Origin: Escherichia coli
GTDB lineage: Bacteria; Pseudomonadota; Gammaproteobacteria; Enterobacterales; Enterobacteriaceae
DNA: 33,649 nt
Assembly: GCF_003334255.1 (NCBI RefSeq)
Contig: NZ_QOWU01000057.1
Reading direction: 5' to 3' (one strand)
The notes beneath the pieces were generated by a model. That model was not told the DNA's origin and did no database searches. It saw nothing but the letters and a program-made list of their open reading frames with translations. Position 1 is the first letter of the stretch; each line of letters opens with the position of its first letter. Both the position numbers and the translations under genes were made by a program. Below are positions 12,512-27,108 of this stretch, piece after piece.

Positions 12512-13876
12512 TTACTTACCAATACAGAAGCTGGAGAAAATCCGCCCCAGCAGGTCGTCTGAAGTAAATTCCCCGGTGATTTCGCTTAAGTTCTGCTGTG
12601 CCAGACGCAACTCTTCCGCCAGCAGTTCACCTGCCCAGGCTCCCAACAGTTGCGCTTTGCCCTGTTGTAGATGTTCCGCTGCCTGTTCCAGCGCCTGTAG
12701 GTGGCGACGACGCGCCAGGAAGCCGCCTTCCATGTTGGTGTCAAAGCCCATGCTCTGTTTGAGATGGTTACGCAGCACGTCCACGCCTTCACCAGTCCTT
12801 GCCGAGAGACGAATTAACGCGTGACCGTTCACTTCACTCATTCCCAGCGTTTCGCCGGTGATATCGGCTTTATTGCGCACCACGGTGATCGGCAGTTTCG
12901 CTGGCAGACGGGCAATAAATTCCGGCCAGATCTCTGCCGGATCCACGGCGTCTGTTGTGGTGCCATCGACCATAAACAGCACGCGGTCGGCCTGTTCAAT
13001 TTCCTGCCACGCGCGCTCGATACCAATACGTTCTACTTCGTCACTGGCTTCACGTAGCCCGGCGGTATCGATGATATGCAGCGGCATTCCGTCAATGTGG
13101 ATATGCTCACGCAGCACGTCACGCGTAGTTCCGGCGATATCGGTTACGATTGCCGCTTCACGCCCCGCCAGCGCGTTTAACAGGCTCGATTTACCGGCGT
13201 TAGGACGTCCGGCAATCACCACTTTCATCCCTTCGCGCAACAAACTACCCTGACGTGCTTCAGCACGCACTGCATCAAGATCGGCAATAACGTCATTGAG
13301 CTGGGCTTCAATTTTTCCGTCGGAGAGGAAATCGATCTCTTCATCGGGGAAATCAATTGCCGCTTCGACGTAAATGCGCAAGTGGGTGAGGGCTTCTACC
13401 AGATGATTAACCCGTGCGGAGAATGCGCCTTGCAGCGAGTTAAGTGCCGAACGGGCCGCCTGTTCCGAACTGGCGTCGATAAGATCGGCAATCGCCTCGG
13501 CCTGGGCTAAGTCAAGTTTATCGTTAAGAAACGCGCGTTCGGAAAACTCACCAGGGCGAGCAATCCGCAGGCCGGGAATGGTCAGAATGCGTTTTAACAG
13601 CAGGTCGAGGATCACCGGACCGCCATGACCTTGCAGTTCCAGCACATCTTCGCCGGTGAACGAGTTCGGGCCAGGGAACCATAGCGCAATCCCCTGATCG
13701 AGCACGCTGCCGTCGGCGTCTTTAAACGGAAGATAATCGGCGTAGCGCGGCTTAGGCAGTTTACCCAGCACGGTTTCGGCAACTTCACGGGCTTTGAAGC
13801 CGGAGATGCGCAGGATGCCAACGCCGCCACGTCCCGGAGGCGTGGCCTGGGCTACGATAGTGTCATTATCGCTCAT
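12512..13876 (-). CDS. mnmE: MnmE (TrmE), tRNA modification GTPase (454 aa)
   Basis: 454-aa ORF, ATG at 13876; G1 motif [12 protein letters not shown]; C-terminal CIGK; K-12 synteny downstream of yidC. Confidence 0.95.
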
Positions 13877-13930
13877 GATGTTCCTGTTGCTTTGTGTGGC
13901 GGATGCGCGGTGCTTATCCGCCCTACGAAA

Positions 13931-13956
13931 AGAAAAAAGGCGGTCAACTGACCGCC
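13931..13956 (-). terminator. Candidate intrinsic terminator or attenuator downstream of yidC (upstream of mnmE)
   Basis: Hairpin GGCGGTCA…TGACCGCC at 13939..13956 with a T-run on the - strand (A-run 13933..13938 on + strand), 26 nt after the yidC stop. Confidence 0.45.
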
Positions 13957-13981
13957 CTTATTTTAGCGAAAACTCACCGAA

Positions 13982-15628
13982 TCAGGATTTTTTCTTCTCG
14001 CGGCTATGCAGGCCACGTTTTTCCAGACCACGGTAAATCAGCTGCTGCTGAATAATGGTTACCAGGTTGCTGACGATATAGTACAGCACCAGACCTGACG
14101 GGAACCACAGGAAGAACACGGTGAAGATGACCGGCATAAAGGTCATGATCTTCTGCTGCATCGGGTCGGTCACTGTGGTCGGCGACATCTTCTGAATGAA
14201 GAACATCGTTACGCCCATCAGGATCGGCAGGATGTAGTACGGGTCCTGTGCCGACAGGTCGTGGATCCACAGTGCAAACGGTGCCTGACGCAGTTCAACG
14301 GAACCCATCAGCATGTAGTACAACGCCAGGAAGATTGGCATCTGGATCAGCAGCGGGAAGCAGCCGCCCAGCGGGTTAACCTTCTCAGCTTTGTACAGCG
14401 CCATCATTTCCTGGCTGATACGCTGTTTGTCATCGCCCAGACGCTCACGCATTGCCTGAATCTTCGGCTGCAACATACGCATCTTCGCCATGGAGGTGTA
14501 CTGCGCTTTGGTCAGCGGGTACATGATGCCACGAACGATAAAGGTGATGATGATAATGGAGAAGCCCCAGTTACCCACAAAGCTATGGATCCATTTCAGC
14601 AGTTTGAACAGCGGCTGAGAGATGAACCACAACCAACCGTAATCAACGGTCAGATCCAGGTGCGGAGCAACAGCTGCCATTTTGTCCTGGATTTCCGGGC
14701 CAACCCACAGGGTGCTGTTCATCGCGCCAGTCTGACCAGGCTGAACCAGTACCGGCTGAGATTTATAGCCGATAGCGGCGATGCCGTTACCCAGATTAGC
14801 GGTATAGAAGTTGTTGGTACCGTCGTTATGCGGGATCCACGCCGTCGCGAAATACTGTTGCAGCATCGCCACCCAACCACCTTTCGAAGAGATGTTCAGG
14901 TTTTCGTTATCGGCAATGGTATCGAACTTGTATTTCTCATACTTCTCGTCAGGCGTGGAGTACGCCGCGCCACGGAAGGTGTGCAGTGCGAAGTTGCTGC
15001 TTCCGGTATCGAGATGCGGTGGCAGAGTGATGGATTGCTTCAACTGACCAAACGAGGAGATTTCCAGCGGTTTCTCGCCAGCGTTCTGCACGTTGTAGTT
15101 GACGTTGACAGCGTAATCACCACGTTTCAGGACAAACGTTTTGGTAAACGTGTTGCCTGCCGCGTCGGTATACGTCATCGGCACCTGCAGTTCGTTTTGA
15201 CCTTCAGCCAGCACATAAGCGTCTTTTTCAACGTTATACAGCGGACGCGGGCCGTTAGCCGGGTTATCCGGGCCATCACGACCGGTCAGACCGCTCTGTG
15301 CCTGATAAATAAACTGCGGTGAAGTTTCCAACAGCTGGAACGGCTGGGTAGAGTTCAGCTCTTTCGGGTAAGCAGGCAGCAGAGCTTGCTCAACATCACC
15401 ACCACGGGTGTTGATGGTCAGATCAAGCACGTCGGTCTTAACCGAGATCAGTTTCCCCTGGCCACTGGCCGGTACGCCCTGGTCGGCGGCGCTACCCGCT
15501 GCGGTGGTCGTTGTCTGCGTGGTCTGTTGGGCCTGAGGTTGCGGGTTTTTATCCTGCTCCCAGGCTTGCCAGATCATGAAAGACACGAACAGCAAAGCGA
15601 TGACTAAAAGATTGCGTTGCGAATCCAT
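13982..15628 (-). CDS. yidC: YidC, membrane protein insertase (Oxa1/Alb3 family) (548 aa)
   Basis: 548-aa ORF, ATG at 15628; N-terminal TM, large periplasmic domain, C-terminal multi-TM core ending in basic tail. Confidence 0.96.
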
Positions 15629-15630
15629 CG

Positions 15631-15888
15631 TTAGTGTTCTCTGGTATCAAATGGTCCGGGCGGGACGGGATCGTCACCACCAGGGTGTAAAGGGTGGCAT
15701 TTTAATACGCGTTTCACCGTCAACCAACTGCCTTTTATCACTCCAAACCTGCGCAATGCCTCAATTCCGTAGCTTGAACAGGTTGGAGTGAAACGACAAT
15801 GCGGCCCGAGTAGCGGACTAATCAGGCGTTGATAGACCCGAATGAGGGCTATCAGGACCCGCGAGCCAGGCGACAGTGGCGGCGCCAT
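15631..15888 (-). CDS. yidD: YidD, membrane protein insertion efficiency factor (85 aa)
   Basis: 85-aa ORF between rnpA and yidC; start overlaps the rnpA 3' end by 37 nt. Confidence 0.85.
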
Positions 15889-16211
15889 AATTTTTCCAAC
15901 GCTTCCGAGAGAGCACGGTTATCGAGGTCGGCAACCCCTTTTTTCGCCACCACCACGAAATCCATAGCCGGGAGTTCATGTTGGCGCAGACGGAAGCTTT
16001 CACGCGTCAGACGTTTAATCCGATTGCGTTCATGGGCGCGTCGAACGTTTTTCTTGGCGACTGTAAGACCGATACGGGGATGCCCCAGCGAATTCAGGCG
16101 GCCGAGAATGGTAATTTGCGGCGTGCCAGCCCGTTGTGGCTGCTGGAAGACGAATGTGAATTGACTGGGAGTTAACAAGCGTAACTCCCTGGGAAATGCG
16201 AGCTTAACCAC
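15852..16211 (-). CDS. rnpA: RnpA, RNase P protein component (119 aa)
   Basis: 119-aa basic ORF with GTG start ([22 protein letters not shown]…); 16 nt downstream of rpmH. Confidence 0.95.
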
Positions 16212-16227
16212 TCAGGGGTTAGCTTTA

Positions 16228-16380
<153 letters not shown>

Positions 16381-16756
16381 CTAAACTTGAATAAATTCAA
16401 TGGCTTTATTGGATATCCGCCGAAAAATGAAACGATGGACACCGAAGCCATGGGTGATTAAAGAGGCCGGATTGTAATAATTGTACACTCCGGAGTCAAT
16501 TCTCTTTCCTTATTTACCGCGCTTTTCCGCACCTTTTCGCAGGGAAAATGTACGACCTCACACCAGTGGAAACCAGCATGGCGCGCCGGGTGGAGGATTA
16601 TACGGGCTGATGGGTAAAGCGCAAGGATCGTCCTGGATCTTTATTAGATCGATTAAGCCAATTTTTGTCTATGGTCATTAAATTTTCCAATATGCGGCGT
16701 AAATCGTGCCCGCCTCGCGGCAGGATCGTTTACACTTAGCGAGTTCTGGAAAGTCC

Positions 16757-16765
16757 TGTGGATAA
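16757..16765 (-). promoter_or_regulatory. DnaA box (TTATCCACA) in the dnaA promoter region (autoregulation site between dnaA promoters)
   Basis: Plus-strand TGTGGATAA at 16757..16765 is the reverse complement of consensus TTATCCACA; about 210 bp upstream of the dnaA GTG start. Confidence 0.75.
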
Positions 16766-16791
16766 ATCGGGAAAATCTGTGAGAAACAGAA

Positions 16792-16851
16792 GATCTCTTG
16801 CGCAGTTTAGGCTATGATCCGCGGTCCCGATCGTTTTGCAGGATCTTGATC
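16792..16851. promoter_or_regulatory. GATC (Dam methylation / SeqA sequestration) cluster in the dnaA promoter region
   Basis: Five GATC sites within 60 bp (16792, 16816, 16829, 16842, 16848), seen directly. Confidence 0.7.
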
Positions 16852-16974
16852 GGGCATATAACCGCAGACAGCGGTTCGTGCGTCACCCTCAAGCAGGGTC
16901 TTTTCGACGTACGTCAACAATCATGAATGTTTCAGCCTTAGTCATTATCGACTTTTGTTCGAGTGGAGTCCGCC

Positions 16975-18378
16975 GTGTCACTTTCGCTTTGGCAGCAGTG
17001 TCTTGCCCGATTGCAGGATGAGTTACCAGCCACAGAATTCAGTATGTGGATACGCCCATTGCAGGCGGAACTGAGCGATAACACGCTGGCCCTGTACGCG
17101 CCAAACCGTTTTGTCCTCGATTGGGTACGGGACAAGTACCTTAATAATATCAATGGACTGCTAACCAGTTTCTGCGGAGCGGATGCCCCACAGCTGCGTT
17201 TTGAAGTCGGCACCAAACCGGTGACGCAAACGCCACAAGCGGCAGTGACGAGCAACGTCGCGGCCCCTGCACAGGTGGCGCAAACGCAGCCGCAACGTGC
17301 TGCGCCTTCTACGCGCTCAGGTTGGGATAACGTCCCGGCCCCGGCAGAACCGACCTATCGTTCTAACGTAAACGTCAAACACACGTTTGATAACTTCGTT
17401 GAAGGTAAATCTAACCAACTGGCGCGCGCGGCGGCTCGCCAGGTGGCGGATAACCCTGGCGGTGCCTATAACCCGTTGTTCCTTTATGGCGGCACGGGTC
17501 TGGGTAAAACTCACCTGCTGCATGCGGTGGGTAACGGCATTATGGCGCGCAAGCCGAATGCCAAAGTGGTTTATATGCACTCCGAGCGCTTTGTTCAGGA
17601 CATGGTTAAAGCCCTGCAAAACAACGCGATCGAAGAGTTTAAACGCTACTACCGTTCCGTAGATGCACTGCTGATCGACGATATTCAGTTTTTTGCTAAT
17701 AAAGAACGATCTCAGGAAGAGTTTTTCCACACCTTCAACGCCCTGCTGGAAGGTAATCAACAGATCATTCTCACCTCGGATCGCTATCCGAAAGAGATCA
17801 ACGGCGTTGAGGATCGTTTGAAATCCCGCTTCGGTTGGGGACTGACTGTGGCGATCGAACCGCCAGAGCTGGAAACCCGTGTGGCGATCCTGATGAAAAA
17901 GGCCGACGAAAACGACATTCGTTTGCCGGGCGAAGTGGCGTTCTTTATCGCCAAGCGTCTACGATCTAACGTACGTGAGCTGGAAGGGGCGCTGAACCGC
18001 GTCATTGCCAATGCCAACTTTACCGGACGGGCGATCACCATCGACTTCGTGCGTGAGGCGCTGCGCGACTTGCTGGCATTGCAGGAAAAACTGGTCACCA
18101 TCGACAATATTCAGAAGACGGTGGCGGAGTACTACAAGATCAAAGTCGCGGATCTCCTTTCCAAGCGTCGATCCCGCTCGGTGGCGCGTCCGCGCCAGAT
18201 GGCGATGGCGCTGGCGAAAGAGCTGACTAACCACAGTCTGCCGGAGATTGGCGATGCGTTTGGTGGCCGTGACCACACGACGGTGCTTCATGCCTGCCGT
18301 AAGATCGAGCAGTTGCGTGAAGAGAGCCACGATATCAAAGAAGATTTTTCAAATTTAATCAGAACATTGTCATCGTAA
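16975..18378 (+). CDS. dnaA: DnaA, chromosomal replication initiator protein (467 aa)
   Basis: ORF 16963..18378 trimmed to the GTG at 16975 ([17 protein letters not shown]…); Walker [12 protein letters not shown]; C-terminal DnaA-box-binding domain. Confidence 0.97.
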
Positions 18379-18382
18379 ACCT

Positions 18383-19482
18383 ATGAAATTTACCGTAGAA
18401 CGTGAGCATTTATTAAAACCGCTACAACAGGTGAGCGGTCCGTTAGGTGGTCGTCCTACGCTACCGATTCTCGGTAATCTGCTGTTACAGGTTGCTGACG
18501 GTACGTTGTCGCTGACCGGTACTGATCTCGAGATGGAAATGGTGGCACGTGTTGCGCTGGTTCAGCCACACGAGCCAGGAGCGACGACCGTTCCGGCGCG
18601 CAAATTCTTTGATATCTGCCGTGGTCTGCCTGAAGGCGCGGAAATTGCCGTGCAGCTGGAAGGTGAACGGATGCTGGTACGCTCCGGGCGTAGCCGTTTT
18701 TCGCTGTCTACCCTGCCAGCGGCGGATTTCCCGAACCTCGATGACTGGCAGAGTGAAGTCGAATTTACCCTGCCGCAGGCAACGATGAAGCGTCTGATTG
18801 AAGCGACCCAGTTTTCTATGGCGCATCAGGACGTTCGCTATTACTTAAATGGTATGCTGTTTGAAACCGAAGGTGAAGAACTGCGCACCGTGGCAACCGA
18901 CGGCCACCGTCTGGCGGTCTGTTCAATGCCAATTGGTCAATCTTTGCCAAGCCATTCGGTGATCGTACCGCGTAAAGGCGTGATTGAACTGATGCGTATG
19001 CTCGACGGCGGCGACAATCCGCTGCGCGTACAGATTGGCAGCAACAACATTCGCGCCCACGTTGGCGACTTTATCTTCACCTCCAAACTGGTGGATGGTC
19101 GCTTCCCGGATTATCGCCGCGTTCTGCCGAAGAACCCGGACAAACATCTGGAAGCTGGCTGCGATCTGCTCAAGCAGGCGTTTGCTCGCGCGGCGATTCT
19201 CTCTAACGAGAAATTCCGCGGCGTACGTCTTTATGTCAGCGAAAACCAGCTGAAAATCACCGCCAACAACCCGGAACAGGAAGAAGCGGAAGAGATCCTC
19301 GACGTTACCTATAGCGGTGCGGAGATGGAAATCGGCTTCAACGTCAGTTATGTGCTGGATGTTCTGAACGCGCTGAAATGCGAAAACGTCCGCATGATGC
19401 TGACCGATTCGGTTTCCAGCGTGCAGATTGAAGATGCGGCCAGCCAGAGCGCGGCTTATGTTGTCATGCCAATGAGACTGTA

Positions 19483-19483
<1 letters not shown>
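18383..19483 (+). CDS. dnaN: DnaN, DNA polymerase III beta sliding clamp (366 aa)
   Basis: 366-aa ORF starting [17 protein letters not shown]…, ending …VVMPMRL; 4 nt after dnaA. Confidence 0.97.
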
Positions 19484-22999
<3,516 letters not shown>

Positions 23000-23020
23000 T
23001 GGCGCTAACCATGCGAGCGT

Positions 23021-23049
23021 GCCTGATGCGCTACGCTTATCAGGCCTAC
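23021..23049. repeat. REP (repetitive extragenic palindromic) element, first of a BIME-like pair downstream of gyrB
   Basis: GCCTGATGCGCTACGCTTATCAGGCCTAC is an imperfect palindrome matching the E. coli REP family consensus as I recall it. Confidence 0.65.
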
Positions 23050-23084
23050 GAAAATCTTGCAATGTATTGAATTTTCATGATTTT

Positions 23085-23118
23085 GTAGGCCGGATAAGGC
23101 GTTCACGCCGCATCCGGC
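23085..23118. repeat. REP element, second of the pair, opposite orientation
   Basis: GTAGGCCGGATAAGGCGTTCACGCCGCATCCGGC is the reverse complement of the canonical REP GCCGGATGCGGCGTGAACGCCTTATCCGGCCTAC. Confidence 0.7.
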
Positions 23119-23134
23119 AAGAAGCTATAAGAAA

Positions 23135-23166
23135 AGGGCGGAGATCATCTCCGCCCTTTTTATTTC
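23135..23166 (+). terminator. Rho-independent terminator downstream of gyrB
   Basis: Hairpin AGGGCGGAG-atcat-CTCCGCCCT followed by TTTTTATTT; an upstream A-run makes it potentially bidirectional. Confidence 0.65.
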
Positions 23167-23238
23167 TGCAATCCGCAATTATCATCCCGCAAATCTATAC
23201 TTTTTGGGTCAACACGTAACGCTTTACAGGTGATTATC

Positions 23239-23637
23239 ATGGGGCTTTTTGATGAAGTTGTCGGTGCCTTTCTGAAAGGCGATGCGGGGAAATATCAGGC
23301 TATTTTAAGTTGGGTTGAGGAGCAGGGCGGCATTCAGGTGCTGCTGGAAAAACTGCAAAGTGGCGGCTTAGGGGCCATTCTCTCAACCTGGCTGAGTAAT
23401 CAACAGGGCAATCAATCGGTTAGTGGCGAGCAACTGGAATCGGCGCTCGGCACAAATGCGGTGTCCGATCTCGGGCAAAAACTTGGCGTGGATACCAGTA
23501 CAGCTTCCAGTTTACTGGCAGAACAATTGCCGAAGATTATTGATGCGCTCTCACCGCAAGGTGAAGTGTCACCACAAGCCAATAACGATCTGCTTTCCGC
23601 AGGCATGGAACTGCTGAAAGGGAAACTCTTCCGCTAA
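23239..23637 (+). CDS. yidB: YidB, DUF937-family protein of unknown function (132 aa)
   Basis: ORF 23230..23637 trimmed to ATG at 23239 (MGLFDEVVGAFLKGD…); Gly/Ser/Gln-rich low-complexity protein; K-12 synteny. Confidence 0.8.
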   Translation: MGLFDEVVGAFLKGDAGKYQAILSWVEEQGGIQVLLEKLQSGGLGAILSTWLSNQQGNQSVSGEQLESALGTNAVSDLGQKLGVDTSTASSLLAEQLPKIIDALSPQGEVSPQANNDLLSAGMELLKGKLFR

Positions 23638-23751
23638 GCAAAAAGGGAGCACGCAACGCGCGTTGCATCCCCCTTTTCCCTCGGGTGTTGTACTGATTTT
23701 TGAGCGGAATCGCGTTAGCATGGGTCAGGAACCAATCTACCTGGGGAACTC

Positions 23752-24564
23752 ATGGCTATTAAACTCATTGCTATCGATATGGATGGCACCCTTCTGCTGC
23801 CCGATCACACCATTTCACCCGCCGTTAAAAATGCGATTGCCGCAGCTCGCGCCCGTGGCGTGAATGTCGTGCTAACGACGGGTCGCCCGTATGCAGGTGT
23901 GCACAACTACCTGAAAGAGCTGCATATGGAACAGCCGGGCGACTACTGCATTACTTATAACGGCGCGCTGGTACAGAAGGCCGCTGATGGTAGCACCGTG
24001 GCGCAAACTGCTCTCAGCTATGACGACTATCGTTTCCTGGAAAAACTCTCTCGCGAAGTCGGTTCTCATTTCCACGCCCTGGACCGCACCACGCTGTACA
24101 CCGCCAACCGTGATATCAGCTACTACACGGTGCATGAATCCTTCGTTGCCACCATTCCGCTGGTGTTCTGCGAAGCGGAGAAAATGGACCCCAATACCCA
24201 GTTCCTGAAAGTGATGATGATTGATGAACCCGCCATCCTCGACCAGGCTATCGCGCGTATTCCGCAGGAAGTGAAAGAGAAATATACCGTGCTGAAAAGT
24301 GCGCCGTACTTCCTCGAAATCCTCGATAAACGCGTTAACAAAGGTACGGGGGTGAAATCACTGGCCGACGTGTTAGGTATTAAACCGGAAGAAATCATGG
24401 CGATTGGCGATCAGGAAAACGATATCGCAATGATTGAATATGCAGGCGTCGGTGTGGCGATGGATAACGCTATTCCTTCAGTGAAAGAAGTGGCGAACTT
24501 TGTCACCAAATCTAACCTTGAAGATGGCGTGGCGTTTGCTATTGAGAAGTATGTGCTGAATTAA
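23752..24564 (+). CDS. yidA: YidA, Cof-type HAD sugar-phosphate phosphatase (270 aa)
   Basis: HAD motif I IAIDMDGTLL at N-terminus; C-terminal GDQENDIAM motif; 270 aa. Confidence 0.93.
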   Translation: MAIKLIAIDMDGTLLLPDHTISPAVKNAIAAARARGVNVVLTTGRPYAGVHNYLKELHMEQPGDYCITYNGALVQKAADGSTVAQTALSYDDYRFLEKLSREVGSHFHALDRTTLYTANRDISYYTVHESFVATIPLVFCEAEKMDPNTQFLKVMMIDEPAILDQAIARIPQEVKEKYTVLKSAPYFLEILDKRVNKGTGVKSLADVLGIKPEEIMAIGDQENDIAMIEYAGVGVAMDNAIPSVKEVANFVTKSNLEDGVAFAIEKYVLN

Positions 24565-24571
24565 TCTGTGG

Positions 24572-24602
24572 GCGGGCAAACAGCATAAACGCGTTTGCCC
24601 GC
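24572..24602. terminator. Candidate bidirectional terminator hairpin between convergent yidA and yidX
   Basis: Perfect 10-bp stem GCGGGCAAAC / GTTTGCCCGC with 11-nt loop, located between the yidA stop (24564) and yidX stop (24610); weak U-tract. Confidence 0.45.
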
Positions 24603-24609
24603 TTACTGA

Positions 24610-25266
24610 TTATTGGTTTACTGCATATACAACCAGAAATTGCAGCGGTGCAGTAATGATGTCCAGCGTAACAGTCACTGGCAGTAATGCTGCGGAAACA
24701 CCATCCGGAATGCCTCTGGGTGAATAGTATTCATAAAATCGCACTTTAAATGGATGGTAGAACGCCATCACCTTTGAGTAATCCATGTTTTTATTTTTCT
24801 CATGGATTGTGCCTTTTAGGTTTTCCAGTGACCTGGTACAGTGTTGAACACCACAGGCAAAACCATAATGCGTTGCCAGTGCCTTTTCTTCTTCGTTATT
24901 CCAGTAGTAGTAAAGCGATATTGTGCCGGTAAATTTCTTTTTCCCCGCATTTAAAACAAATCTTGCGTCATCGGCAACCTGAATATTGTGCCGGTTAAGT
25001 GCTGGATCATTGAGCATCTTAACGATGTCATCGGCACCATCAGTGATAAGGTAATCCAGCGATTCCCCTACAAAAACATAGCCTTTTGTTCCATTACTAT
25101 CTTTTGCCTGCGATAGCCCAGTGATGGTGTCTGACTGCGATTGATACTTTCCTGAACTACCCTTTGCGGTATGGGAAACCAGAGCATACGAGATACAGCC
25201 TGAAAGCATCAGCGCCAGTGGGAATAAACCGGCAGCCTTAAAAAATCCCTTAAAATTCAACTTCAT
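24610..25266 (-). CDS. yidX: YidX, predicted lipoprotein (218 aa)
   Basis: ORF 24610..25383 trimmed to ATG at 25266 ([24 protein letters not shown]… = signal peptide with lipobox LSGC). Confidence 0.8.
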
Positions 25267-25403
25267 GATTAATCCTTTAAACGAGTAGCTAAGCCGTTGA
25301 AAGCATACTCTTCTTTCCCTCCTGTTTAGCGCCTGATATCCCTTTTCAGATTTCTGCCCGACGCATGTCATTTTTTTATGCATTGTTCTTTTTGTGATCT
25401 AAA

Positions 25404-25434
25404 TTGTAGTACAACAATATAAGTTTGTACTACA
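25404..25434. promoter_or_regulatory. Candidate DgoR operator: inverted GntR/FadR-type repeats TTGTAGTACAA and TTGTACTACA in the dgo promoter (third half-site GTACTACA at 25470..25477)
   Basis: Two copies of a T-GTA-N-TAC-A motif in inverted orientation 11 bp apart, about 110-140 bp upstream of the dgoR start, plus a third copy 40 bp downstream; GntR-family operators typically have this form. Confidence 0.6.
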
Positions 25435-25543
25435 TTACACGCACGGCAAACGCGAACGTCATCACGCTGGTACTACAAAGTTGCCGCGTTATGCATCGAT
25501 CGGGGTAAAGTAGAGAAGAACATACAGAGCACAAGGACTCTCC

Positions 25544-26233
25544 ATGACTCTCAATAAAACCGATCGCATTGTCATTACGCTGGGTAAACAGATCGTTCAC
25601 GGCAAATACGTGCCAGGCTCGCCGCTTCCGGCTGAGGCGGAACTCTGTGAGGAGTTTGCAACCTCGCGCAACATCATCCGTGAGGTGTTCCGTTCGCTGA
25701 TGGCGAAGCGGCTGATTGAAATGAAACGTTATCGCGGGGCGTTTGTGGCACCGCGTAACCAGTGGAATTACCTCGACACTGACGTACTGCAATGGGTGCT
25801 GGAAAATGACTACGACCCACGGCTTATCAGTGCCATGAGCGAAGTGCGAAATCTGGTGGAACCGGCGATTGCCCGTTGGGCAGCAGAGCGCGCGACTTCC
25901 AGCGATCTGGCGCAGATTGAATCGGCGCTGAACGAGATGATTGCCAACAATCAGGACCGCGAAGCGTTTAACGAAGCGGATATTCGCTACCACGAGGCGG
26001 TGCTGCAGTCGGTGCATAACCCGGTGTTACAGCAACTTAGCATTGCGATCAGTTCGCTGCAGCGGGCGGTTTTTGAACGAACCTGGATGGGCGATGAGGC
26101 CAACATGCCGCAAACGCTCCAGGAACATAAGGCGCTGTTCGATGCGATACGACATCAGGACGGCGATGCGGCAGAGCAGGCGGCGCTTACCATGATCGCC
26201 AGCTCGACACGAAGGTTAAAGGAAATCACATGA
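25544..26233 (+). CDS. dgoR: DgoR, GntR/FadR-family repressor of the D-galactonate operon (229 aa)
   Basis: N-terminal GntR-type HTH, FadR-like C-terminal domain; first gene of the dgoRKADT cluster. Confidence 0.93.
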   Translation: MTLNKTDRIVITLGKQIVHGKYVPGSPLPAEAELCEEFATSRNIIREVFRSLMAKRLIEMKRYRGAFVAPRNQWNYLDTDVLQWVLENDYDPRLISAMSEVRNLVEPAIARWAAERATSSDLAQIESALNEMIANNQDREAFNEADIRYHEAVLQSVHNPVLQQLSIAISSLQRAVFERTWMGDEANMPQTLQEHKALFDAIRHQDGDAAEQAALTMIASSTRRLKEIT

Positions 26234-27108
26234 CAGCTCGCTACATCGCAATTGACTGGGGATCGACCAATCTGCGCGCCTGGCTTTATCAGGGCGACCA
26301 CTGCCTGGAGAGCAGGCAATCAGAAGCAGGCGTCACGCGCCTGAACGGAAAATCTCCGGCTGCGGTGTTAGCAGAAGTCACGACCGACTGGCGTGAAGAG
26401 AAAACGCCAGTGGTAATGGCAGGAATGGTTGGCAGCAACGTCGGCTGGAAAGTTGCACCGTATTTATCTGTTCCTGCCTGTTTTTCGTCTATTGGCGAAC
26501 AATTAACGTCAGTTGGCGACAATATCTGGATTATTCCCGGATTATGTGTCTCTCATGACGATAACCACAATGTGATGCGCGGCGAAGAAACACAATTGAT
26601 CGGCGCGCGAGCTCTGGCTCCTTCCTCTCTTTATGTCATGCCCGGAACCCATTGCAAATGGGTGCAGGCCGATAGCCAGCAAATCAACGATTTTCGCACC
26701 GTGATGACCGGTGAATTACATCATTTACTGTTAAATCACTCATTGATTGGCGCAGGTTTGCCGCCGCAGGAAAACTCTGCCGATGCCTTCACAGCTGGCC
26801 TTGAGCGTGGTCTTAATACGCCTGCCATATTGCCGCAGCTTTTTGAAGTTCGCGCCTCGCATGTGCTGGGAACACTTCCCCGCGAACAGGTCAGCGAATT
26901 TCTCTCTGGTTTGTTGATTGGCGCAGAGGTCGCCAGTATGCGCGACTATGTGGCCCATCAACACGCCATCACCCTTGTCGCCGGAACATCGCTGACCGCG
27001 CGCTACCAGCAAGCCTTTCAGGCGATGGGTTGCGACGTGACGGCGGTGGCGGGCGACACGGCATTTCAGGCTGGTATAAGGAGCATCGCTCATGCAGTGG
27101 CAAACTAA
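26230..27108 (+). CDS. dgoK: DgoK, 2-dehydro-3-deoxygalactonokinase (292 aa)
   Basis: Start overlaps dgoR stop (ATGA); 292 aa; operon context. Confidence 0.93.
   Translation: MTARYIAIDWGSTNLRAWLYQGDHCLESRQSEAGVTRLNGKSPAAVLAEVTTDWREEKTPVVMAGMVGSNVGWKVAPYLSVPACFSSIGEQLTSVGDNIWIIPGLCVSHDDNHNVMRGEETQLIGARALAPSSLYVMPGTHCKWVQADSQQINDFRTVMTGELHHLLLNHSLIGAGLPPQENSADAFTAGLERGLNTPAILPQLFEVRASHVLGTLPREQVSEFLSGLLIGAEVASMRDYVAHQHAITLVAGTSLTARYQQAFQAMGCDVTAVAGDTAFQAGIRSIAHAVAN

Noticed and set aside
12438-12824. 128-aa + strand ORF overlapping the mnmE 3' end
   Set aside because: Mostly antisense to mnmE, with Arg/Ser/Cys-rich composition; no support.
14261-15322. 353-aa + strand ORF opposite yidC
   Set aside because: Antisense shadow of the conserved yidC reading frame; His/Arg/Gln-rich low-complexity translation and no ribosome-binding site.
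16481-16681. 66-aa ORF in the rpmH-dnaA intergenic region
   Set aside because: Lies within the known dnaA/rpmH promoter region, has no Shine-Dalgarno sequence and an implausible composition; more likely non-coding regulatory DNA.
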